DNA of 42,947 nucleotides from Candidatus Hermodarchaeum yapensis (GTDB taxonomy: Archaea > Asgardarchaeota > Hermodarchaeia > Hermodarchaeales > Hermodarchaeaceae), in contig JAEOSK010000023.1 of NCBI GenBank assembly GCA_016840405.1, positions 1-42,947 of the forward strand, in the 5' to 3' direction. A model generated the notes under the pieces. The model saw only the letters and a list, made by a program, of their open reading frames with translations, did not search any database and had not been told where the DNA came from. Below, in pieces: positions 17,569 to 26,136 of this stretch (the first letter of the stretch is position 1; each line of letters begins with the position of its first letter). The position numbers were made by a program, and so were the translations under genes.

Positions 17569-17668
17569 TTTTCATATCTCCTTTTGGTTAGGTAAGGAAT
17601 AATAGAGTACGAACTTATTATAAAAATCTACCAACAGGACGGAGTGAATGTGAAAATTACGAAAAGTA

Positions 17669-18133
17669 TTAGGACTCGTCTTCAAATTTCGAGATTGCGT
17701 TTAAGACTGCAGTCTCTTTTTCCTCTGAAAACACTCCAGTGTCTCGCCAGAGGATATTGCCATCACAATCGACTAAGAAGAGGTAGATCGTGTCTTCAGT
17801 GGGAATATCTAATGCTTTGGTAAATTCACTTTTGTCAATATAGAGAGTAATTGTACGAGCTCGCATTACTTTGTCATGTATTCCGCCTCTCATACCACTG
17901 TCAATTATCCATTGAGAAAGCACATTGAATTTCCGAAGCGTAGGTAATTCATAGAATTGGATTTGCGGATGTTCTGTCACGAGTGTTTGGAGAAATGGTA
18001 CCCAAGTTTCAATGGGTCGTACTTGCCATTGTTGAAATGCTACTACGAGAAAATTAAGTTTGCCTTCTAATTTTTCTGGGATGATGTGGGAAACACCATT
18101 TAGGTCTTTTCCAGCGACTTGGGGAAATTTCAT
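17669..18133 (-). CDS. Conserved thioredoxin-like fold protein lacking CxxC (ATP10-like)
   Basis: FPxxxGxDLNG start, LVVAF strand, YELP, IDSGMRGGI and YLFLVDxDGNILWR end. Confidence 0.55.
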   Translation of the reverse strand: MKFPQVAGKDLNGVSHIIPEKLEGKLNFLVVAFQQWQVRPIETWVPFLQTLVTEHPQIQFYELPTLRKFNVLSQWIIDSGMRGGIHDKVMRARTITLYIDKSEFTKALDIPTEDTIYLFLVDCDGNILWRDTGVFSEEKETAVLNAISKFEDES

Positions 18134-18271
18134 CTAATATCACGATTCTAATTATGTTTTGTGTGTTTTATTAGAGAGTTTAAAGGCTTGCGCTTTTGTG
18201 ACACGTTTTTTGATAATATTTAATTTCAAGAAATTCAGTGAAATAGATTACCTAACGAGTTCTGTAGCATC

Positions 18272-18541
18272 TTATCCATATCTGAATGCCATACCAAAAG
18301 TCCCGCGGGGGTAGCTCCATTCGATGACTCGTTTGGGACATATGATTTTGCAAGTTCCACATTCGATGCAGTCTTCATATTGAAACAAGAATTTGTTTTC
18401 TTCGATTTTGAAGCAGCCTGCCGGGCATCCAACTATGCAAGGCTTGGTTCGACATTTTTCACATTTTTCAGTATTGACAATGATGTGAGGTTCTTTATCG
18501 AGATTGTAGCGGATGAGTCCGAGTTTTTCTTCGAGTTTCAT
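18272..18541 (-). CDS. fixX: FixX-type ferredoxin
   Basis: CEKC-PC-CPAGC and CIECGTCKIICP clusters, WSYPRG-YG terminus; ATGA overlap with fixC. Confidence 0.88.
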   Translation of the reverse strand: MKLEEKLGLIRYNLDKEPHIIVNTEKCEKCRTKPCIVGCPAGCFKIEENKFLFQYEDCIECGTCKIICPKRVIEWSYPRGTFGMAFRYG

Positions 18542-19821
18542 AATCCTCTTACCACTTGAAGACCATCCCGAATTAAGGAAGGTATTGTTACATTTCCGAG
18601 AACATGACGAATGAGGAGTTGTACTAGCTTCTGTCTCGGAACAGCTTTAGATGTGAAAAGATCATGAGCAAATGTATTTACCAGTTTAGGATAGGTTGAG
18701 TGCAGGCGCGGATTATTGAACAGATTATGGGCTCGTTTGAACGTTTTCATATCCTTTAGTACAAAACTATCTCTAAGTACCTGTTCATAACGTTTCAGAC
18801 TCCGTTTTGAAAAATCTCCTGTTTTAGTGGCTGCGATTACGGTTTCAGCGGCAGCTATTCCTGAAGCAATAGCGAAGTTCATTCCTTCTAATGCATATCC
18901 GATGTTAAAAGCTAGCCCCGCAGCGTCGCCAGTGACTAGAAATCCATTGGTGTAGAGTTTAGTTATTTTTGAATAGCCTCCTTCTGGAACTAAATGGGCG
19001 GAATATTCTTTGAGTTCACCATCTCGGATCAATCGTTGGATGAAAGCGTGGGATTTGTAGTGTTCCATGAGGTCAGGGGCTGTATCTTTGGTGACTTCAA
19101 ATGCAGGAAGAAAAATGACAAGCCCTAATGAAAGGGTGTCTTGGTTTGTGTAGAGAAATCCACCACCTGGATGGCCTTTCGTACATCCTATGAAGTGATA
19201 GGCTGCGCCTTCATTTCCGATGAGATTAAACCGTTCTTCAATAATTTTGCGAGGTAGTTTGTATACCTCTTTGATTCCGAGCCCCATTTGTTCAGATGTG
19301 TGTTCTTTTCGCATGTGGGCTTTTGCAGCGAGTTGCGAGTTAACACCATCAGCAGCAATGACAACATTAGCTTGAACTTCATCGGTTCCCGCTTTTACTC
19401 CGATAATTCGGTTCTTTTTCCATAATAAATCATCGACTCGAATCCCAGGAGCGAGAAGTGCACCTGCGTTTTCCGCTTGTTCAGCAAACCATTGATCGAA
19501 TTTGTACCGATTTATTGAATATCCATCATTCGGAACTGGCGAGCGTTTACCTGATGAAAAATCTAATGTGAATGCAGATTCATTGGAGAGGAGTGAGAGT
19601 CGGTGTGTTGTAATTCGGCGTTCAAGCGGTGCCTTTTCCCAATAATTTGGAATTAGATTATGGAGAACCTGCCCATAGAGAACGCCACCTGATACGTTTT
19701 TTTCACCTGGCGTTTTAGCACGTTCAACGAGCATTACCTCTAATCCATTTTTTGCTAATGAATATGCTGCGGCACTTCCCGCAGGACCTGCTCCAACAAC
19801 GATAGCATCTAAATTTTCCAT
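18538..19821 (-). CDS. fixC: FixC-family FAD-dependent (ETF:quinone) oxidoreductase
   Basis: GAGPAG, GEKNVSGG, GGGFLYTN, EYSAHLVPEGG and GDAAG motifs. Confidence 0.88.
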   Translation of the reverse strand: MENLDAIVVGAGPAGSAAAYSLAKNGLEVMLVERAKTPGEKNVSGGVLYGQVLHNLIPNYWEKAPLERRITTHRLSLLSNESAFTLDFSSGKRSPVPNDGYSINRYKFDQWFAEQAENAGALLAPGIRVDDLLWKKNRIIGVKAGTDEVQANVVIAADGVNSQLAAKAHMRKEHTSEQMGLGIKEVYKLPRKIIEERFNLIGNEGAAYHFIGCTKGHPGGGFLYTNQDTLSLGLVIFLPAFEVTKDTAPDLMEHYKSHAFIQRLIRDGELKEYSAHLVPEGGYSKITKLYTNGFLVTGDAAGLAFNIGYALEGMNFAIASGIAAAETVIAATKTGDFSKRSLKRYEQVLRDSFVLKDMKTFKRAHNLFNNPRLHSTYPKLVNTFAHDLFTSKAVPRQKLVQLLIRHVLGNVTIPSLIRDGLQVVRGL

Positions 19822-20068
19822 TAATTTGCCTTCCTTTACTGAAGTTTCATTGGAACATTAGGGCGCATCTTAAATTTTAATGAAATTTTCTCGTATTTCG
19901 ATTGAACTGACAAATATGTTGTGAAACCACTATATCCTAATTTTTCTAGCTTGCGAAGAGCTTCTAGGGCGATTTTGAGAGAAGCCGAGAAGAACTCTAT
20001 AAGGGCATTAGATCGCTCAGTGAGATAAACGAGGATCTTCTTTAATGATGAGTAAAATTTCCTTTTTC

Positions 20069-21355
20069 TTAATGTTTAGCGGCATTGAATGCGATAAAAG
20101 GTGTTAATAGCTCGTCCGAAGTGAGTGATCCGTGACTAGCCAAGAATCCTTGATTAGGAAGAAGCCCCCAAGGCTTAGTTGAATCATCTTCTCTTTCGAC
20201 TATTAGTTGCGCACCTTCGCGAGCGATGAGCAACAGATCTCCAAGTCGTTGGGTTATTCGTTTTGAACTTTGAACTGGAAGAAGGCGAGCTTGGTCAAGA
20301 TCTTTTGCGTCAAAAATTAGTGCCTTATCCTCAACCTGTTTCAAGAGCCACTGTTTTAGTTTTCGTCGTTTGCTGGGGGATTGACAATAGAAGTGGGTAA
20401 CACGACCTGAATGACCTGGTGGAACTTTGAGAGTGCCCTTGACTTCTTCAAGTTGGCCTTGAGTAAAGAGAATTGTTTGGTTTTTTCGAAGTGGGTTTTG
20501 ACCATGATCAGAACATAAGATGATGGTGGTACGTTTTGCTTCAGATGCAGGGAAGCTTTCTAGGAAGGCATGGAATTGTTGATGAAAGGCATTACATCCA
20601 GCTTTGTATTCAGGAGAACTAGGCCCGTATTTGTGTGTCAGGTTATCGATTTGGGGGAAATAGAGGGTCATAAAGAGCTTGTGATTTTGATAGTGATTGA
20701 AGACGCGGCGTGCCATTCCAAAGGCGTCTATGAATCCGTTAAAAGAGACAATGTTTTCTCTTTGAACGTAGAACCGTCCTAGTCCAGTCCCTGGAATTGC
20801 TCCTGGCAAGCCTTCTGCGACGACAATGGAGGGATGCCGTTTTTGGAGGATTTCTGGAATTCCTTCAGCCCAAAGAAGTGCTCGAACATCGATACCAGCA
20901 TACGGAATCGCATCGCGATATCGGAGTTTGTATCCTGACATTCTAAGGGTGTCAATGAGCGCCCCGTATTCTGAGAAATAAATTACATGACCAAGGATTC
21001 CATGGGTAGTTGGAGGTACTCCGAAATTGATACTGGGAATGGCCGCTGATGTAATCGTTGGAAAAGTACTGCTCAACGACACAGCGTTCATATCCTTGAG
21101 GAAGGTTTCAAGTTTTGTTCCGACAACATTCTGAGAGCCTAGACTGTCTATGATACATACGACGACTCTTTCTGCGCCTAAGGCATTATTCTGTTTGAGA
21201 TGATTCATCACATTGGGTTGGTCGAAAAGATCGTCTCGCGCAACATTTACCCCCATGCACCGCAAGGCAGTAGGCAATACGCGATAGATATTCAGCTGGT
21301 AATTTGGTTCAAAGAGATCATCAGTACCCGCCAGTGGTGTGTGAAACAACGACAT
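20069..21355 (-). CDS. Alkaline phosphatase superfamily nucleotide pyrophosphatase/phosphodiesterase
   Basis: IIDSLG, STFPTIT (Thr nucleophile), DNLTHKYG, SDHG and SHGS metal-ligand motifs. Confidence 0.85.
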   Translation of the reverse strand: MSLFHTPLAGTDDLFEPNYQLNIYRVLPTALRCMGVNVARDDLFDQPNVMNHLKQNNALGAERVVVCIIDSLGSQNVVGTKLETFLKDMNAVSLSSTFPTITSAAIPSINFGVPPTTHGILGHVIYFSEYGALIDTLRMSGYKLRYRDAIPYAGIDVRALLWAEGIPEILQKRHPSIVVAEGLPGAIPGTGLGRFYVQRENIVSFNGFIDAFGMARRVFNHYQNHKLFMTLYFPQIDNLTHKYGPSSPEYKAGCNAFHQQFHAFLESFPASEAKRTTIILCSDHGQNPLRKNQTILFTQGQLEEVKGTLKVPPGHSGRVTHFYCQSPSKRRKLKQWLLKQVEDKALIFDAKDLDQARLLPVQSSKRITQRLGDLLLIAREGAQLIVEREDDSTKPWGLLPNQGFLASHGSLTSDELLTPFIAFNAAKH

Positions 21356-21552
21356 AATGGAAGTCCCCTTTCAAGTCAACTTGGTTGTAAGCAATATGTG
21401 TGAATGATTTAAGTGTACAGCATAAAGTGAAAATACTTGAATTACTGAAAAAACGGAATTCTATCCTTGGAGAATCTTGGGACGAAAGACTCTTTATTAG
21501 ACTTTGTACAAGTGTCTAGGAAAGGAGTTTACGGTACAGGGGAATACTGACC

Positions 21553-22455
21553 GTGATAAAAGGATTCGCAGTCTTCCGTATGGACCCTAAAATTGGACCA
21601 CAGCACGTCTATCGAAGTGACAGTATCGGTGAGGTCACCCATCAGGAAGTACTCGCAATTTTTGCAACTCACAACTTATTCCGTGAAGGTTTTCGTGGTG
21701 TCCATGTCAGTAACCGAACATGGGCAACTTACGTCTTTCCACCCTGGATTGTTGCACTTCTCCTTGGACCTGATGAGCCCATCGGCCCGCTCAGAGAGCC
21801 CATGAAAAAAACCTTGCACTCAAATAAACTGGGTGACAACCCGAAAGCCGAAGACTGGAAGAACCTTCATCGTGAGCTCATTGTAGAAATTCAAAGTTCA
21901 CCAGTTGCAGACTTTCTCACGTCGAAAAAAACAACTGATTTTCTGAAAGAGATGATTGACCTAGAAATCAATTTCTTTGACCCTCAGTTCAACTTTGAAA
22001 TTGGCACAACGTATCCTGCAGCAGATCATTTGACTGGACTCGATAGCTACGATACCCGACTCTTTCTTGAGAAACTGACTCTTGCAGGGATCTTCACGAG
22101 CGAGCCGGTAGTGGGCGTTACCCATTGTCCGATTTGTCTTGGATTTAAAGTCGTTAGTCGCCTTGCCTGTCCCAAGTGCAGCGTTACCGCCTTGGATGTC
22201 GTTCGATTTCCTGCTTCACCTGACTCAGACGAGGCGGAGAGTAGTGCTTCAAAGAAGCCCATGGAACTTTTCTATTCATGTATGACCTGTCAGCACACAA
22301 CTAGTGAACCCGTCGTTACCCTTCTTTGCACTGAATGTGGTTCACAATTTCAACCTGATGAAGCAGCCTATCGCAATATGGATAGACTCGTTCTAAATCG
22401 ACCTATCGCAGAATCCCTCATCAAGAAAGTTGAAGGAACAACTCCAAAAAAATGA
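21553..22455 (+). CDS. Longin-like N-terminal domain fused to a TackOD1-like multi-Zn-ribbon domain
   Basis: N-terminal FAVFRMDPKIGP hairpin with apparent bb-a-bbb-aa order; C-terminal FLEKLxxAG helix plus four CxxC pairs (CPIC, CPKC, CMTC, CTEC). Confidence 0.55.
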   Translation: MIKGFAVFRMDPKIGPQHVYRSDSIGEVTHQEVLAIFATHNLFREGFRGVHVSNRTWATYVFPPWIVALLLGPDEPIGPLREPMKKTLHSNKLGDNPKAEDWKNLHRELIVEIQSSPVADFLTSKKTTDFLKEMIDLEINFFDPQFNFEIGTTYPAADHLTGLDSYDTRLFLEKLTLAGIFTSEPVVGVTHCPICLGFKVVSRLACPKCSVTALDVVRFPASPDSDEAESSASKKPMELFYSCMTCQHTTSEPVVTLLCTECGSQFQPDEAAYRNMDRLVLNRPIAESLIKKVEGTTPKK

Positions 22456-22470
22456 ACTTGTGATGGGATC

Positions 22471-23022
22471 CTAAATTTTGTCCCAGGGTTTTCCGGACTT
22501 TTCGAAAGATTCCCAGATTTTCTCAGCAAGTGAAGTGAATACATCACTTACGTGAATATCGTCCTTGGCACTGCTTTCAAGGAAAATCATATTTTCCGCT
22601 TTAGATCGTTTTTCACCTTCTTCCTTGGTGACTACTCGTTTTTCTTCTAAATCTGTTTTACAGGCTACAAGAAGGAGGGGAATCCCCTCACAGCGTTGAT
22701 AGACTTGCTGGATCCAATGATCAATCCTGTCAAATGATTGTCGGTGTGTGATATCATAGGCAATAACAGCCCCAGCCGCACCCTCAAAGTATAGTCCGCG
22801 GATGAAGTCAAATCGCTCTTGACCTCCGGTATCATAGATGACAAGTTTGATATTGAATTTCTCTTTCAGTGTGATTTGTTTTGTGAAAAAGTCTACACCT
22901 AGTGTAAAGAGGTAGCTTTCATCAAATTGGCCAGTGGTGTATCGGCGTGCAAGGGAAGTCTTTCCAACTCCTGCATCGCCCACAACTATGACTTTATAGA
23001 CGACTTCGGCGATTTCTTCCAT
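22471..23022 (-). CDS. Rab-like small GTPase (Ras superfamily)
   Basis: G1 GDAGVGKT, TLGVDF, G3 DTGGQERF, YFEGA, YDIT, G4 CKTD and G5 SAK; no C-terminal Cys. Confidence 0.92.
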   Translation of the reverse strand: MEEIAEVVYKVIVVGDAGVGKTSLARRYTTGQFDESYLFTLGVDFFTKQITLKEKFNIKLVIYDTGGQERFDFIRGLYFEGAAGAVIAYDITHRQSFDRIDHWIQQVYQRCEGIPLLLVACKTDLEEKRVVTKEEGEKRSKAENMIFLESSAKDDIHVSDVFTSLAEKIWESFEKSGKPWDKI

Positions 23023-23201
23023 TCAGATTTCACCCTCGGGGTTCCTAATCTACCACTTGCACATTTACCTTTAAGTGCTTCGTGTAGAATTCTAGGCAGG
23101 TACTGAAGTTTTTGATATCATTAAGATTTTGAACGGTCCGCTATTGAAGAAGAGGTGTTGAACCGGGGTTTTTCGTTCAAGGCGAAAGTCCTTTTTAGTG
23201 A

Positions 23202-24563
23202 ATGGATGCAGTAGGGGAGAAGAAATTCAATTTCAGTATGAAGGCGTTAGTCATGCCCAAAATTATGAATCAGTTTAATTTACCTGTAGATGAGCTACCA
23301 CGACGATGGTATAATCTTGCTGCTGACCTACCTGAGCCCTTACCGCCCCCCAAGGACCCCGAGGAAGGCCCTTCACGGTTGGAAATGTTACCGACGTTCC
23401 TGTTAAAAACTGTTCTCGGACAGGAGAATTCGACGGAACGCTGGATTGATATTCCCCAAGGGATTCGGGAATTGTTTATTCAAGCGGGTCGCCCTCGCCC
23501 ACTTATGCGGGCATTGCGTTTAGAAGAAGCACTGAAATTACCTGATACCATTCGTCTGTATTACAAACGAGAGGATCTTTCTCCCACGGGTTCGCATAAG
23601 GTTAACACAGCATTGGCTCAGACCTATTATGCTGCCGAGGAGGGATTTTCAGAAGTTACAACAGAGACCGGTGCGGGTCAGTGGGGTTCAGCTCTATCTT
23701 ATGCTGCTTCACTGAATGGACTAAAATGCCGGGTCTTTTGGGTACGGGCGGCTTATCGCTGGAAACCGGGTCGACGAACGCTCATGCAACTGTACGGTTC
23801 AGATGTTTTTGCGTCCCCTAGCAAAGAAACCGAATTTGGTAAGAAACTCCTGAAAGAGAATCCGCAACATGTTGGCAGTCTCGGCATTGCTATTAGTGAA
23901 GGAATTGAAGATGCCTTGAACAGAGATGGAAGCATCTATTGTCTGGGAAGTGTTCTCAGTCACGTGTTACTCCATCAAACAGTCATCGGTCTCGAAACAA
24001 TAGAACAATTCAAACTAGCGGAAGACACACCAACCCTGCTCATTGGCTGTTTTGGTGGTGGCAGTAATTTTGGTGGATTTAGCCTGCCTTTCATCGGCGA
24101 AGTCCTCCAAGGAAAACGTGAATGCAAGTTCCTGGCAGCTCAAAGCGAGGCTTCACCCAACCTCGTGGAAGGAAAATACATCTACGATCATGGGGACCAT
24201 GCTGGACTGACACCGTTGCTGAAAATGTATTCACTCGGACATGATGTAGAAATGCCAGAGATTTGGGCAGAAGGGATTCGATATTCCGCTGCGGCTCCAA
24301 TAATGAGCGCTGTCCGGAAGCTCGGAATGTTGGATGCCATTGCATATCCTGTCGATGAGGTGCATGTCTATTCTCAGGCCCGACGGTTCATCCAAGCTGA
24401 AGGATTTATTCCAGCACCAGAATCTTCGTATGGTGTTGCAGCATCGATTGACAAAGCCCTTGAATATAAGAAGAATGGTGAAGACGCTGTTATTGCATTT
24501 AACGTATCAGGACATGGTTTTCTGGATATGCAAGCGTATGCGAAACCTTTGAAACTTGAATGA
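23202..24563 (+). CDS. trpB2: Tryptophan synthase beta chain-like PLP enzyme, TrpB2
   Basis: LPRRWYNL, SPTGSHK (PLP Lys), TETGAGQWG, GGGSNF, PAPES and SGHG motifs; the true start may be at 23238 or 23253. Confidence 0.9.
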   Translation: MDAVGEKKFNFSMKALVMPKIMNQFNLPVDELPRRWYNLAADLPEPLPPPKDPEEGPSRLEMLPTFLLKTVLGQENSTERWIDIPQGIRELFIQAGRPRPLMRALRLEEALKLPDTIRLYYKREDLSPTGSHKVNTALAQTYYAAEEGFSEVTTETGAGQWGSALSYAASLNGLKCRVFWVRAAYRWKPGRRTLMQLYGSDVFASPSKETEFGKKLLKENPQHVGSLGIAISEGIEDALNRDGSIYCLGSVLSHVLLHQTVIGLETIEQFKLAEDTPTLLIGCFGGGSNFGGFSLPFIGEVLQGKRECKFLAAQSEASPNLVEGKYIYDHGDHAGLTPLLKMYSLGHDVEMPEIWAEGIRYSAAAPIMSAVRKLGMLDAIAYPVDEVHVYSQARRFIQAEGFIPAPESSYGVAASIDKALEYKKNGEDAVIAFNVSGHGFLDMQAYAKPLKLE

Positions 24564-24651
24564 TATGCGAACGCGTGATACAGAGCTGTTAAACCAAATT
24601 AATTTCTATCATGAATAATTGACAGAAGGACTCTCATAAATAGAAGTTTGC

Positions 24652-25050
24652 TTAGGTTTTTGTCTTGTATTCTTTGATTACTTGTTCAACCTTGTAACGT
24701 AATTCATCAACTTGAGGACCCAGATACTGGTAGCGTGCTGGAAGTTCGACCAACTTTTCACTCATGCCCTCTAGATCAAGATAGTTGAGTTCACGAATTT
24801 GTTCTAAAAAGGAGTGATTACGTTTTTCGAGTGTGCTGATCATATCCTCTAATCGATGGTGAACATCAACCATCATGGCTGCAGCTTCTTTTGTGGTTTG
24901 ACCTTGACGGGCAAACTCGCCAAAGGGAAAAAAAACTCGCCAAAGGACATTGGAACCTTTTGGTCGGCCAATGTCGTCCATTTTGTCCAAAATTGTATTT
25001 AGCAAGTCTAGAATGTACTCTAATTGTTTGAGGATTGGATCGTCTCCCAA
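24652..25050 (-). CDS. Hypothetical alpha-helical protein
   Basis: 132-aa ORF co-oriented directly downstream of oppF; amphipathic helical composition; no motif recognised. Confidence 0.65.
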   Translation of the reverse strand: MGDDPILKQLEYILDLLNTILDKMDDIGRPKGSNVLWRVFFPFGEFARQGQTTKEAAAMMVDVHHRLEDMISTLEKRNHSFLEQIRELNYLDLEGMSEKLVELPARYQYLGPQVDELRYKVEQVIKEYKTKT

Positions 25051-25083
25051 AGTGACCTCACAACCAGTGAAGGAATAGGGCTG

Positions 25084-26136
25084 TTAGGTTTTAGCCTTTG
25101 CCTTAAGTTCATGGGCCAGGTCGTAGCTGATTTGCAAAGGTTCTCGTGGGAACCAGCAAGATACCCAGTGGCCAGGGCTAACCTCTTCCAAGGGCGGTTC
25201 GTCTTGTCGGCATTTATCTTGGGCGTATTCACAGCGAGGAGCAAATAAACAACCTGGTGGAGTATTAATTGGGCTTCCGGGTTCACCAGGTAAGATTTTG
25301 CGTTTGCGGTCAACAGTTGGGTCTGGGGATGGAACAGCAGAAATGAGGGCTTGGCTGTAAGGATGAACCGCGTTATGGATAACTTCTTTAATGGTACCCT
25401 TTTCCATGATTTTACCTAAGTACATGATGGCGATTTTATCGCCGATGTAGCTTGCCACAGAGAGATCGTGGGTGACGTAGATATAGGCAATGTGGAATTC
25501 CCGGCGAATGTTTTCCAATAGGTTAAGGATTTCTGACCGAATTGATACGTCGAGCATAGACACAGGTTCGTCAGCGACAATGAATGCTGGATTCACAACG
25601 ATTGCACGGGCAATAGCAACACGCTGACGTTGTCCACCGCTAAGCTCGTGAGGGTAGCGGAAGGTAAATTCTTCGGGTGGAACCAATTGTACAGCTTCCA
25701 GTGCTCTGATTACACGGGCTTCTTCGTCTTCACCGGAGGTGGCAATTTTGTTCAATCGTAGGGGTTCTGAGACTGTGTCATAGAGGCTTAATCGAGGATT
25801 TAGCGACGAATAGGGATCCTGAAAGATGGTTTGCATTCGGGCCCGTAAAGTTCGAAGTCCTCCCCGACTAATTTCGTTGAGATCATGACCTTCAAATTCC
25901 ACTATTCCATCGGTGGGTTCGAGGAGCCCAATGAGTAATTTACCAGTAGTAGTTTTTCCACACCCGGATTCACCGGCTAGACAGTAGAGCTCTTCAGGGT
26001 AGATGTCTAAGTCGACTCCGTCGACGGCTTTGAGCCAGACTTCGCCTCCCATCAGTTGGGAGAAGAAACCCGCGCTCACGGGGAACCATTTCCTGAGACC
26101 CCGACATGAAACGATAGGCTCTTGTCCATTGCTCAT
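25084..26136 (-). CDS. oppF: Oligopeptide/dipeptide ABC ATP-binding subunit (OppF/DppF)
   Basis: GESGCGKT, FQDP, LSGGQRQR, ADEP, HPYS and Cys-rich C-terminus; ATGA overlap with the oppD stop. Confidence 0.9.
   Translation of the reverse strand: MSNGQEPIVSCRGLRKWFPVSAGFFSQLMGGEVWLKAVDGVDLDIYPEELYCLAGESGCGKTTTGKLLIGLLEPTDGIVEFEGHDLNEISRGGLRTLRARMQTIFQDPYSSLNPRLSLYDTVSEPLRLNKIATSGEDEEARVIRALEAVQLVPPEEFTFRYPHELSGGQRQRVAIARAIVVNPAFIVADEPVSMLDVSIRSEILNLLENIRREFHIAYIYVTHDLSVASYIGDKIAIMYLGKIMEKGTIKEVIHNAVHPYSQALISAVPSPDPTVDRKRKILPGEPGSPINTPPGCLFAPRCEYAQDKCRQDEPPLEEVSPGHWVSCWFPREPLQISYDLAHELKAKAKT

Noticed and set aside
22471-23022. Rab prenylation by the prenyl enzymes in the window
   Set aside because: The GTPase has no C-terminal Cys, and the enzymes are UbiA-type or chain-elongating, not protein prenyltransferases.
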